Positions 1 to 9,397 of a DNA stretch of 48,355 nucleotides are shown one piece after another. Position 1 is the first letter of the stretch, and every line of letters starts with the position of its first letter. The DNA is taken from positions 1-48,355 of IMG/VR virus record IMGVR_UViG_3300029224_000058; one strand, written 5' to 3'. Origin of the DNA: a virus (Duplodnaviria > Caudoviricetes). The translations under genes and the position numbers were made by a program. The notes below the pieces were generated by a model. It did not search any database. It was given only the letters and a program-made list of their open reading frames with translations, and had not been told where the DNA came from.

Positions 1-149
1 TGGACAGCAAACTGTACAGCCAACTTCGCAACCAACTGTACAGCCAACTGGACAGCCAACTGGGCAGCCAACTGTACAGCCAACTGGGCAGCCAACTGGG
101 CAGCCAACTGGGCAGCCAACTTCGCAGCCAACTTCGCAGCCAACTTCAC
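1..149 (+). repeat. 12-bp coding tandem repeat (CTK NNC AGC CAA), about 12 units, encoding L-x-S-Q
   Basis: Read directly: [49 protein letters not shown]; the window starts inside the array. Confidence 0.95.
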
Positions 150-866
150 AAATACAACTACGATTATTTATTTACAGCTAATGTTTGCTCAAACACTTAT
201 TTTGCATGGTATAAATTTATATCTGATGAATTTAAGATAGACGCAGAAATAAATGTTGACCTCAACTCAATAAACGACCTGTATTTAAAATCGGGGGTGT
301 ATTCTGCCATTTTTTCTGAATTAGTTTGTGTGGTATCAAAATACCCTAAAAAAGTTCATAGAAATGAAGCTAATGATTTACATAATATTAAATCAGAAGC
401 CGTAGAGTGGGGGTATTCTTGCGAAGAGACAATTTTTAGTTCATATTATATAAACGGCAGAAACATACCAAGCGGTGCTTTTCAAAAAGCAATTAGTGGA
501 GCGGTTTCTCAAAAAGACTTTATTGAAGAAAACAATGAAGAAACAAAAGCGGCGTGGTACGAGATATTAGGCAGGGAAAGAGTAATGAAACTTCTTAATG
601 CTAAAATGGTTTCATCGGGAAAATTTGCCCATTCGGACGGCTCGTTAGAGACGGTAGAGCTTTATAAAACACAAGACCTAATTAAGGAATTAGGAAACCA
701 ACCTTTAGCGTGGGTTAAATTCATTTGCCCATCAACAGGGACAAACTACTTGATAGACGTTGAACCAAAACATACAGACGCACGAGAGGCAGCAATATCC
801 ACATCTCCGTTTTATGGAAGTGAAATAAAAACTGTATCAGACTATAAGTGGGACGAAAGAGCATAA
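3..866 (+). CDS. 5'-truncated phage protein with SQL repeats and a DUF6745-like C-terminal domain
   Basis: The frame from base 3 is open and continuous with ORF 297..866; the C-terminal [17 protein letters not shown] motif resembles the DUF6745 family. Confidence 0.75.
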   Translation, partial: DSKLYSQLRNQLYSQLDSQLGSQLYSQLGSQLGSQLGSQLRSQLRSQLHKYNYDYLFTANVCSNTYFAWYKFISDEFKIDAEINVDLNSINDLYLKSGVYSAIFSELVCVVSKYPKKVHRNEANDLHNIKSEAVEWGYSCEETIFSSYYINGRNIPSGAFQKAISGAVSQKDFIEENNEETKAAWYEILGRERVMKLLNAKMVSSGKFAHSDGSLETVELYKTQDLIKELGNQPLAWVKFICPSTGTNYLIDVEPKHTDAREAAISTSPFYGSEIKTVSDYKWDERA

Positions 867-901
867 TTTAACACATTTATACTAAACTCTCTAAAAAACA
901 A

Positions 902-1237
902 ATGGGGCGGACAAAAATTGACGGAATTACTGTAAAATGGTTTTTAGAAGCACAAAACAAAAATATGGTATGGATATTTGAGCATAAGTTTCACCCTAAG
1001 AGAAAATGGAGGTTTGATTTAGCTTGCCCTGAACAAAGAATAGCGATAGAGATAGAGGGGGGGGTGTTCATAAAAGGAGCGCATGGCAGTATAACAGGAA
1101 TTTTAAGAGATGTAGAGAAGTATAATGAAGCAACATCGTTGGGGTGGAGGGTTATAAGGGCTATACCTACTAAAATAACTTTAGCGCAAATAGAAGTTTT
1201 AGTAAAAAAAATAATTAATCTAAAAAACAATGTCTGA
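902..1237 (+). CDS. PD-(D/E)xK endonuclease (DUF559/Vsr-like)
   Basis: EHKFHPKRKWRFDLA...IAIEIEGG...KYNEA..LGWRVIR motif set. Confidence 0.8.
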   Translation: MGRTKIDGITVKWFLEAQNKNMVWIFEHKFHPKRKWRFDLACPEQRIAIEIEGGVFIKGAHGSITGILRDVEKYNEATSLGWRVIRAIPTKITLAQIEVLVKKIINLKNNV

Positions 1238-1505
1238 ATGGTCGCCTCAAATATTAGAAATATCAACCGAGTGCAAAATGTTAAGGAGTAATATTTTGAG
1301 TATAGAGTTAGAAATAAAAAACCTTTGGCATAAAAAAAATCTTTGCCAAAGTTTTAGTCAGACAACATCAATTAGTAGTGGTATTTCTGCCCGAACTCAA
1401 GAGATAAGAAGGATTAAAGAAGCATTATATCCAAAAGAAGAAGGGTTAACTTCTTTGGTTCTTTCCTTTGAAAAAGAGCGAGAATGGATGGAGAAAAACG
1501 GATAA
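1230..1505 (+). CDS. hypothetical coiled-coil protein
   Basis: Overlaps the stop of the previous gene; same strand. Confidence 0.55.
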   Translation: MSEWSPQILEISTECKMLRSNILSIELEIKNLWHKKNLCQSFSQTTSISSGISARTQEIRRIKEALYPKEEGLTSLVLSFEKEREWMEKNG

Positions 1506-1698
1506 AAGTTAAACTACCGCCCTATTTTAGGGAAACAGCAACAAAATAAGTTATGAAAGTTACTTGGAGAGACGAATATCTTTTTTTATCGGAAATATCT
1601 TGAATAATCCGCAATTATACGCAAAAGCCCCAACCTTAAAAAAGGAGCGTATCTTTTATAAGAGCGATTGTTCTAAGTTAGAGATAGTAAAGTGGTAA
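1484..1698 (+). pseudogene. possible frameshifted small ORF
   Basis: MDGEKRIKVKLPPYFRETATK stops at an A4 run (1543-1546); the -1 frame continues ISYESYLERRISF... to TAA at 1698. Confidence 0.3.
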
Positions 1699-1710
1699 TA
1701 GAATACTTAA

Positions 1711-2205
1711 ATGAAATCCATTGAGATACCTTTAAAACTTTGGCGAGCAGGAATTTCTTTAAATGCGAAGAGTTATTACATTGACCTTTTAGCGTATGGG
1801 ATAGATAATATTAAAGGAAAACCTGCGACAGATGCAATAAAATCAGAACTTACAAAGCATAAGTTTTTACCACTGAAACCACTTATTGAAACAAAGGACA
1901 TTCAGACTATTTTGAGTGTATTTAATAATAAAAAGAAGGTGAGTGATTTAAAAGGGTATAGATTAACTACTGTTAGAAAGAAGGTAATATCATCACGTAT
2001 TAAAGAATACGGATTAGATATTTGTGTAGCGGTAGTAGAGTACATGAGTAAATGGCTTAAAGATGAAAAAATGAAGGAAAACTATACGCCCGACACTATT
2101 TTCCGCCCAAGTAACTTTGATAAATACAGGGTGGCAATGGAGATTGAGAAGAAAAAAGAAAACACGAAAAACAGTCAAATATTAACAGGCTTCAAAAAAA
2201 GCTAA
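1711..2205 (+). CDS. phage replication initiator (conserved phage C-terminal domain)
   Basis: KW..DEKM.ENYTPDTIFRPSNFDKY C-terminal motif; directly upstream of DnaB. Confidence 0.75.
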   Translation: MKSIEIPLKLWRAGISLNAKSYYIDLLAYGIDNIKGKPATDAIKSELTKHKFLPLKPLIETKDIQTILSVFNNKKKVSDLKGYRLTTVRKKVISSRIKEYGLDICVAVVEYMSKWLKDEKMKENYTPDTIFRPSNFDKYRVAMEIEKKKENTKNSQILTGFKKS

Positions 2206-3554
2206 TGGAAGAAAACACGAAAATACCACCAAATGCTACCGACTTAGAAGAAGCGGTTTTAGGCGCAATAATGTTAGAAAAACACGCCTTTTTACACGTC
2301 TCTTTTTTAACAAAAGAGATGTTCTATGAACCAAAAAACAGTCAAGTGTTTTCCGTATGTCAAGATTTATCACGAGAGAATAGCCCTATTGATGTTTTAA
2401 CAGTTACCAACAAGTTACGAAAAAGTGGTGAGTTGGATAGTGTTGGAGGGGCGTACTACATCACCCAGCTTACCAACAGAGTATCATCATCAGCAAATGT
2501 TGAGTACCACGCCTATATAATAAAAGAAAAATATCTGTTAAGAGAAATAGCCTCTATTGTTACAAATACAATAGAAATGGTTTACGAGTACGAAGCTGAA
2601 CCAATAGAACTATTGGCAAAAACAGCACAACAACTATCAATGCTTTCAGCGACACGCAGGCAAGAGGTTACAATCACAGACACGGCGAAGAAATCTGTGG
2701 AGAGAATGAGGGAGATGTATGAAAAAGGAGATAACTCTACTATTGGTGTTCCGTATGGAAACCTACTGTTAGATGCTCGAACGGGCGGAAAAAGAAAAGG
2801 ACATTTTATTATTATAGGAGGTCGTCCGTCAATGGGTAAAACAGCATTATTAACGTCTATTGTTGTACACACCGCAATTACTTTAAAAGTTCCAGTCGTT
2901 GTTTTTAGCTTAGAAACATTAGCCATAGATTTATCTGACAGAATTATTAGTACTATCACGCAAATACCGATAAACGAAATAGAAAAAGGGAACGCTATAA
3001 TGGATGGTAAGTTGCATAATGCTTTAGAAAAAATAGAGGGCAGCCCCCTTTATTTTGACACAGATAAAGAACTTACGGTATATGATATTAAAGCAAAAAT
3101 AGCTTTGTATAAAATGAAGTACGGTATTGAAGAGGTTTATATTGATTTCTTACAATTAGTAAAAGTATATAATAATAAGCATAATAGAAACGATGGAGTG
3201 GGTGAAATTACTCGTGAGTTAAAGATTATTGCCCAAAATTTAGAGATATCCATAATTGCATTAGCGCAGTTAAATAGGGCGGTGGAAACACGACCAGATA
3301 AAAAACCGATGCTACAAGATTTAAGAGATAGTGGTAATATTGAGCAAGATGCTGATGAGGTTTTGTTTTTATACCGCCCTTGCTATTATAATCTAAAGGA
3401 TGATAGAGGAGTGCCGTTTCCCGAAGACTACGCTGAAATAAATGTTGCAAAACATAAAACAGCAGGTGTAGGGTGGTTGCCTATAAAATTTATTGGAAAA
3501 ACAGTAACATATACTGATTGGAATAATATCGACCAAACCATTAGTGAATTTTAA
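2205..3554 (+). CDS. dnaB: replicative DNA helicase DnaB
   Basis: N-terminal PP...EEAVLG, Walker A GRPSMGKT, IDFLQL, AQLNR, DLRDSGNIEQDAD. Confidence 0.97.
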   Translation: MEENTKIPPNATDLEEAVLGAIMLEKHAFLHVSFLTKEMFYEPKNSQVFSVCQDLSRENSPIDVLTVTNKLRKSGELDSVGGAYYITQLTNRVSSSANVEYHAYIIKEKYLLREIASIVTNTIEMVYEYEAEPIELLAKTAQQLSMLSATRRQEVTITDTAKKSVERMREMYEKGDNSTIGVPYGNLLLDARTGGKRKGHFIIIGGRPSMGKTALLTSIVVHTAITLKVPVVVFSLETLAIDLSDRIISTITQIPINEIEKGNAIMDGKLHNALEKIEGSPLYFDTDKELTVYDIKAKIALYKMKYGIEEVYIDFLQLVKVYNNKHNRNDGVGEITRELKIIAQNLEISIIALAQLNRAVETRPDKKPMLQDLRDSGNIEQDADEVLFLYRPCYYNLKDDRGVPFPEDYAEINVAKHKTAGVGWLPIKFIGKTVTYTDWNNIDQTISEF

Positions 3555-3558
3555 CATT

Positions 3559-3939
3559 ATGAACGCAAAAGAAATTAAAGTTACGGAAGATTTTTATATA
3601 AAAGGAGAAACAGTTATTTATGGTCAACTACAAAGAGTAGGAGGTAAACAACCAAAAATAAGGCTTGAAACGGATGATGGAATACATCTATATATAAATG
3701 TAGATGAATCTACCGCAAAGGAATTGGCAAAACACCTGTACACAACAATTGGAGTGCAAGGAATTGCAACTTGGCGAAGAGATAATAGAGAAATCTGTCA
3801 ATTCAAATTTGAAAAGTTCTCTTCAATAAAGGATGGTACTTTAAGTGATAAGTTAAATGAATTAAAAGGAAAAATTAAGGATTATTGGGTTAATATTGAT
3901 AATCCCTCTGAATACATATCAAAATTGCGTTCCGAATAA
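3559..3939 (+). CDS. hypothetical protein (beta-rich, OB-fold-like), possibly a captured host gene fragment
   Basis: ORF track 3544..3939; ATG at 3559 follows the dnaB stop; GETVIYGQLQRVGG motif. Confidence 0.6.
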   Translation: MNAKEIKVTEDFYIKGETVIYGQLQRVGGKQPKIRLETDDGIHLYINVDESTAKELAKHLYTTIGVQGIATWRRDNREICQFKFEKFSSIKDGTLSDKLNELKGKIKDYWVNIDNPSEYISKLRSE

Positions 3940-4042
3940 ATAAAGACCATATATAAATCAACTAATTTAAATGAAAAAACACACTAAAGTATATCACACC
4001 CCGAATTCAGGGGAATATCTTATTTATAAATAAAACAATATT

Positions 4043-4936
4043 ATGGAAGACAATACAGGAGTAGCAAAACAAACACCAAAACAATATTTAAATAATCCAA
4101 CAATAATCAAAAAGTTTGAGGATATTTTAGGAGACAAAAACAAGGCAACAGCATTTAGAACCAGTGTACTACAAGTAGTCGCCTCAAATGAGATGTTGGC
4201 GAAAGCAGACCCTTCAACAATATATCATGCAGCTATTACTGCCGCAACAATGGAGCTGCCTATAAACAACAACTTAGGGTTTGCGTACATTATCCCCTTC
4301 TACAACAACAAAAAGAAAACTACCGAAGCCCAGTTTATGATTGGATACAAAGGTTTTTTACAGTTGGCACAAAGGTCGGGGCAGTTTAAAACCATTTCTG
4401 CCTCACCAATATATGAAGGGCAACTAATCTCTCAAAACCCACTTACAGGATTTGAGTTTGATTTTTCCGTGAAACCACAAGGGAAACCGATAGGGTATGC
4501 CTCGTATTTTAGCCTGCTAAATGGTTTTGAGAAAACAATGTATTCCACCGTAGAAGAACTTGATAAGCACGCAAAGAAATTCTCCCAAACCTATAAAAAA
4601 GGGTTTGGGCTATGGAAAGACGACTTTGAGAGTATGGCACAAAAAACCGTTTTAAAACTCTTAATATCTAAATTTGCACCTCTATCTATTGAAATGCAGA
4701 AAGCAACAGAAGTTGACCAGTCAGTAATAAATGACCCCGAAGGCAACGATATATCATATCCTGATAACACCACTATTGACATCACGCAGGAAGAAAAACA
4801 ATCGGACAGGATGCTAAAACTAATTGAAAACGCTAAAACATTAAAGGAATTAGAAACCTACGAAAAAGACCTGAAAACAGAAGAAGAAAAAACGGCGTTT
4901 ATCGATAGAGGAAACCAATTTTTAAATGCTGAATAA
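4043..4936 (+). CDS. recT: RecT-family ssDNA annealing protein
   Basis: LPINNNLGFAYIIPF, AQFMIGYKGFLQLAQRSGQ, MAQKTVLK...APLS motifs. Confidence 0.93.
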   Translation: MEDNTGVAKQTPKQYLNNPTIIKKFEDILGDKNKATAFRTSVLQVVASNEMLAKADPSTIYHAAITAATMELPINNNLGFAYIIPFYNNKKKTTEAQFMIGYKGFLQLAQRSGQFKTISASPIYEGQLISQNPLTGFEFDFSVKPQGKPIGYASYFSLLNGFEKTMYSTVEELDKHAKKFSQTYKKGFGLWKDDFESMAQKTVLKLLISKFAPLSIEMQKATEVDQSVINDPEGNDISYPDNTTIDITQEEKQSDRMLKLIENAKTLKELETYEKDLKTEEEKTAFIDRGNQFLNAE

Positions 4937-4939
4937 GGT

Positions 4940-5710
4940 ATGGATATACACAAAATACTAATCCGTGCCAGTTCAACAGGTAAATTAATGACTAATGGTA
5001 AGGCAAAAAATAGCATGGGAGAAACCGCTAAAACCTACCTAAGACAACTGCTAAAAGAAGAAAAATACGGACGCACCAAAGAAATCAGTTCTAAATATTT
5101 AGAAAAAGGCAGAAAGGGTGAAGAGGACGCTATAACATTATTAAGCCTTGAAAAAGGGGTATATTTAAAAAAGAATGAAATAAGGCTTGATAACGAGTAT
5201 GTAACAGGTGAACCCGACGCAATATTAGGCAATGATATTAACAACTGTACAGAAGGTTACGATGTAAAATGCCCTTTTGATATTTTCACAATGCCCACCA
5301 AACTTGACGCACTAAATAAAGACTATTATTGGCAAGCACAAACTTATATGTGGTTAACAGGCGCAACAAAGTGGACAATAGCATATTGCTTAATTAACTC
5401 ACCCTTTCAAATCATCATCGATGATATAAAAAGAGAGTGGTATAAAATGGGGATGCCTGATGAAGATGACATTGAGTATCTGAAAAAATGCAGAAATATA
5501 GAGGCGTTACATATTTACGATTTGCCCCAATACAATCAAGATAATTCTTATAACAAAATAGATGAGAAAGGGTGGGATAAGCCCGAAATACCTCAAGATA
5601 AAAGAATATTGGAGTATGTGGTAGAGTTTAATCCTGATGATATTCAAAGGCTAAAAGACAGGATAGTTGAGGGCAGGGAATATATGAAACAGCTAAACGA
5701 TATAATATAA
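4940..5710 (+). CDS. YqaJ-like/lambda-type exonuclease
   Basis: RAS, KG..E, TGEPD, DVK, YYWQ.Q.YM motifs; next to RecT. Confidence 0.88.
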   Translation: MDIHKILIRASSTGKLMTNGKAKNSMGETAKTYLRQLLKEEKYGRTKEISSKYLEKGRKGEEDAITLLSLEKGVYLKKNEIRLDNEYVTGEPDAILGNDINNCTEGYDVKCPFDIFTMPTKLDALNKDYYWQAQTYMWLTGATKWTIAYCLINSPFQIIIDDIKREWYKMGMPDEDDIEYLKKCRNIEALHIYDLPQYNQDNSYNKIDEKGWDKPEIPQDKRILEYVVEFNPDDIQRLKDRIVEGREYMKQLNDII

Positions 5711-6023
5711 ATAAACTAATTACGATAGGAGGAAAAATTATCGACTGTACGTTAAACAAAGGACAAAGAACCATTTTAGTAAAAGGTACAATTAATTGGT
5801 AAATATATTTGGTGGCAATCAGGAGCGGTATTTCTCGATGTATTGCTTGTTTATGGAGGTTACGAGTATAAAATTGAAGATAAAAAACAAGACTAAAATT
5901 AGAGAAATAATATTAGTTTGGAAAGAATATGCTGCCATTCGGAAAGAAAAATCTCTCGTTAGGAAAGAATATTATCTTCTTGGAAAATCAAGTAGCATAT
6001 TTGAATCATTAATAAAAAATAAT

Positions 6024-6773
6024 ATGAACAAAAAATCAGTAATTAAAGCAGACCAAATTAAAAATTTAGACGACTTAATCACAAGTCCTGAATCAGACTT
6101 CTATTTAGAAGATGTGGTAAAAACTAAAATTGATTCCTTTAGTCCGTCAATTAACTTATTTTTTAATGTTGATATAACGGCAGAAGATGTCTCTACCGTA
6201 GAGGCGGCTATTAAAATTTGGATAGTGGGCGTTAGGATAAAAAAAGAGTTTGACATTAGGGACGTAAAAAGACACCTTTTAATAAGTCATACTATCGAAA
6301 ATGGAACATTACAAAATGTTATTTCAATATACTTTGAAGGAGTTAATGTCGTAGAACATAACCCATTAACCGCATTTTTAAATGTGGATGTAACTAAGAC
6401 AGAGGCCGTTTTTCCTAAATGGGAAGAATGGAAGGAGGTTGATGGTACGTGGATGACGTGCGGAACAATAAATGTTCCTAAAAATTTAATTCCAAATTCA
6501 TTAGGAATTAAAGAGCTTAATAGCATTCTTAGAGATGATTTGAGTTTTATTTACGGTAATTCTCATTCAGAAATTTCTATTAATGGAATACAAAAAAGTG
6601 AAAGTGAAGCAAAAGTTGAGCTGTGTTTTTGTAGAATAGACCATGATTACAAGCCTCATTCTATAAAATCTTTTTTACAAAATTGTATAGAAAAGGTATC
6701 TTCAGAAGGGGATGTAGAAAATTCTCTTGGGAGAATTTCAGCATACAAAAAGGCACTTGCATTTTTAAATTAA
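6024..6773 (+). CDS. hypothetical protein
   Basis: Part of ORF 5796..6773; the ATG at 6024 (MNKKSVIK) has an A-rich leader and is a likelier start than the TTG. Confidence 0.6.
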   Translation: MNKKSVIKADQIKNLDDLITSPESDFYLEDVVKTKIDSFSPSINLFFNVDITAEDVSTVEAAIKIWIVGVRIKKEFDIRDVKRHLLISHTIENGTLQNVISIYFEGVNVVEHNPLTAFLNVDVTKTEAVFPKWEEWKEVDGTWMTCGTINVPKNLIPNSLGIKELNSILRDDLSFIYGNSHSEISINGIQKSESEAKVELCFCRIDHDYKPHSIKSFLQNCIEKVSSEGDVENSLGRISAYKKALAFLN

Positions 6774-6786
6774 AATAATAAACACC

Positions 6787-6826
6787 AAAACGCCCTGTAA
6801 AAACTCATTTTTTACAGGGCGTTTTT
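6787..6826. terminator. bidirectional intrinsic terminator
   Basis: AAAACGCCCTGTAAAAA / TTTTTACAGGGCGTTTT inverted repeat just after a stop codon. Confidence 0.75.
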
Positions 6827-6896
6827 AAGAAACTGATTTACCCGTAAAAAACAAAATAGAAACGACCCGCATCCAATTTTCCTTTTTTCAAAGAAA

Positions 6897-7118
6897 TTGG
6901 ATGCGGAACTTAAAGAAAATGTAAGGGAAACTCCCGATAAACTTATACGTCAATACGTACTTGTGCCTACTGTTGCTGGAACGGCAGAGTTTAATTTTCG
7001 TGTTACTGATTTTAACGACCCTTTGCTTAACGTTTATGAGGACTGGGTTATGGTTCATGGAGGTAAAAAGGTGGAAACTCTTTGGGATAGAGGGGGATTA
7101 AAAAAAGATTTTAAATAG
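6897..7118 (+). CDS. hypothetical protein (start uncertain)
   Basis: ORF with a TTG start that lies inside a hairpin arm. Confidence 0.45.
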   Translation: MDAELKENVRETPDKLIRQYVLVPTVAGTAEFNFRVTDFNDPLLNVYEDWVMVHGGKKVETLWDRGGLKKDFK

Positions 7119-7122
7119 AATT

Positions 7123-7757
7123 ATGATATTACCAAACGGAGCTTCACTTCGCCCAATGCTTTTTAATTCAGAAATGGCATTGAAAAATGTTGCTGGAGAA
7201 AAAACTGAAACAAGGCGAATAGTAAAATTTGAAAGTTCCTGTTACGATGTTTTGCCTAAAAATGTCCATATGGCAAAGCAGGCGATTGGATTTGGCAAAG
7301 GGAATCTTTTGCCAAAGATTATTTCAAATATGGTATTCATGGTTATAAATCAGACTGGACAATAACCGCCGCCGAGTATTGTGATGAACCAAAATGGAAA
7401 CCCTCAATACATATGCCTTTGGAAGTGTGCAGACACTTTATGCAAATAGAAAGTATAACCATCCAACGTTTGTTGGATATTAGTGAGGAAGAGGCAATTA
7501 ATGAAGGTGTAGATAAAAATCACGGGGGCTATAATCTATACGGTCTATCACTAAGCGATTTTGTGAGACTGGGGCGTATTTATGCCTTAACGGCAAAAGA
7601 AAGTTTTGAGAGCCTTTGGGAAAGCATAAATGGTAAAGGTAGCTGGGATACTAACCCCTTTGTATGGGTAATAAAATACAAAAACTATACCTTCTCTGAA
7701 TTTGAGGCAATCAATAATCTTGACTGGTTAGAACTACTTGCAAAGAACAAACATTAA
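7123..7757 (+). pseudogene. ASCH/PUA-like phage protein split by a -1 frameshift
   Basis: N-part PMLF...GEKTETRRIVK; the -1 frame from 7260 gives KCPYGKAGDWIWQRESF...WKPSIHMP and joins ORF 7413..7757 (LWESING..SWDTNPFVWVI). Confidence 0.8.
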
Positions 7758-7769
7758 AGAATATAACCC

Positions 7770-8216
7770 ATGATAAGCCAAGAGCAAAGATTATTGATTG
7801 AAAAAGAGGGTGAAAACCTAAAGTTTAATGCGGAAAAACTGTTAAACGACAAGTACCGAGTTATTGTAAAAATCTCTGTTTTGAGAAAAAACGAAAACGT
7901 GAGCGATAAAGACTTAACGGGTTATATTATTAAAACAGTATGCTGGCATCAAGGTGTTGTTGAAAAAGACGTTTTATCGTGTAGTAGGAGAAAACAGCTT
8001 GTTAAGGCAAGGCAAATTATAGTTTTTTTAGCACGAAAGCACACTGAATTATCTTTTTTAAAAATAGGCGTTCAGTTGGGCAACAGGCATCACTCAACAA
8101 TATTATTTTCTTTAAAAAGAATAAACGACTACTTGTCTTTTGAAAAAGACTTAGTAAAAGAGGTGGAATACCTTGACAATAAAATCAATAATTTCGTTAC
8201 AAATGAAAACCTTTGA
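7770..8216 (+). CDS. DnaA C-terminal HTH domain protein
   Basis: SRR..LVKARQI..FLAR..T.LS..KIG..LG.RHHSTI resembles Bac_DnaA_C. Confidence 0.85.
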   Translation: MISQEQRLLIEKEGENLKFNAEKLLNDKYRVIVKISVLRKNENVSDKDLTGYIIKTVCWHQGVVEKDVLSCSRRKQLVKARQIIVFLARKHTELSFLKIGVQLGNRHHSTILFSLKRINDYLSFEKDLVKEVEYLDNKINNFVTNENL

Positions 8217-8350
8217 CATGTAAAAGAGTTAGGACTTTTTTCATTTAATATTCTATATCAAAAGTGTAATGAACTTTACCCTTTAAGTAAAACTCGTTCT
8301 TAACCCATATAAGAGATTTTCTATACGCCGTATAGGCGGTGTGTTTTACT

Positions 8351-8512
8351 TTATAGGTTAGCATAATCTCTTAGTTTCCAATATTGCTCAATCGCATTTT
8401 GGCTTGTTTGTCCCTCTTTAACTTCTACCCATGTTTTACTATCTATCTTCGTGTATTTCTTATTGCTATGGTCTAACTGGGCGTACTTTCGCTTATCGTG
8501 TTTCATTTTCAT
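8351..8512 (-). CDS. small hypothetical protein (53 aa, MKMKHDKRKY...)
   Basis: Translated by hand; below the ORF-track size range; collinear with the minus-strand cluster. Confidence 0.5.
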   Translation of the reverse strand: MKMKHDKRKYAQLDHSNKKYTKIDSKTWVEVKEGQTSQNAIEQYWKLRDYANL

Positions 8513-8582
8513 TAGTCTGTGTGTTTTCTTCCCTTAATGTTAATACAAGTACTAACCTCAAAAAAAACAGGGAATAGCTTTC

Positions 8583-8735
8583 TTATTTCATTAAAAAGTG
8601 GACAATAACGTGTAGTGCGATGTAAGTTGTTGTCCCTAATATTATAAACAGTGATACCCTGTCAAACTGGCTATTAAAAAAAGCATATGTAAACAAAGCC
8701 ACTGTTACTAAAAGTTCAATTATCTTTTGTTTCAT
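8583..8735 (-). CDS. small membrane protein (50 aa, two hydrophobic segments)
   Basis: MKQKIIELLVTVALFTYAFF...; starts just after the ATPase stop. Confidence 0.5.
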   Translation of the reverse strand: MKQKIIELLVTVALFTYAFFNSQFDRVSLFIILGTTTYIALHVIVHFLMK

Positions 8736-8737
8736 AA

Positions 8738-9397
8738 TTATAGTTTAATAAACTTATCGAGGTTAAAAAACACGTCCATATTCCACTCCTGAATTTCGCT
8801 CAATTCCTCATTATTCAGCACCTTAATTTTGGTTTGATTGTCCTTATAATAAGTTAGTATTATGTTGAGTTCATCATCGCCCAAGCTACTTATTAAAGGA
8901 TTTAGCATATAGGGGCTATGGGTAGATAAGAAGTATTGATTTTCATCGTCCAATATAATCATATTAGCGAAGAACTTTATCATTTTTGGGAACATATATT
9001 CTCCTAACCCATCGAAGAGTAAGGTTGCGTTTTTATTCGTTTCCATAGCTACTAAGTAAAATATTGCTCTTTTATAGGTTTCAGAAAGATTATGATGAAA
9101 ATATTTTTTAGGTAAATTCAATAAACTTGAAACTTGTTCTCGTAGTTCTGTATTGACGGATAGTAGGAGAAACAGGTTTAATCCAAAAGGATGTTTTAAG
9201 ACAGAGGTTTTTTCATTAGGCACTTCGCCACGATAATCATTATAGATATAAGTTTTAGTATCTTTAACCTCTTTATCTATACACTCTAATATATTGGTTT
9301 TGCCCGCTCCGCCTTCTCCTATAAAAACATTAACCCGTTTAGGTTCAAACTCTATATGATTTATAGACTTGAAGTTTTTTATCGTAATTTTTTTCAT
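8738..9397 (-). CDS. compact ABC/AAA_15-like ATPase with a degenerate Walker B
   Basis: KNFKSI, Walker A GEGGAGKT, LLFDGLG at the Walker B position, H-loop STHSPY. Confidence 0.8.
   Translation of the reverse strand: MKKITIKNFKSINHIEFEPKRVNVFIGEGGAGKTNILECIDKEVKDTKTYIYNDYRGEVPNEKTSVLKHPFGLNLFLLLSVNTELREQVSSLLNLPKKYFHHNLSETYKRAIFYLVAMETNKNATLLFDGLGEYMFPKMIKFFANMIILDDENQYFLSTHSPYMLNPLISSLGDDELNIILTYYKDNQTKIKVLNNEELSEIQEWNMDVFFNLDKFIKL

Noticed and set aside
1-149. CRISPR array or DGR variable region (NNC codons resemble AAC mutagenesis)
   Set aside because: Contiguous 12-bp units with no spacers; other adenines are invariant; no template repeat or reverse transcriptase in the window.
3971-4033. 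20-aa ORF MKKHTKVY...
   Set aside because: Too short to support; may be the remnant of a deleted gene.
5796-6023. TTG-initiated N-terminal extension of ORF 5796..6773
   Set aside because: A better ATG with an A-rich leader lies at 6024; the upstream part looks intergenic or decayed.
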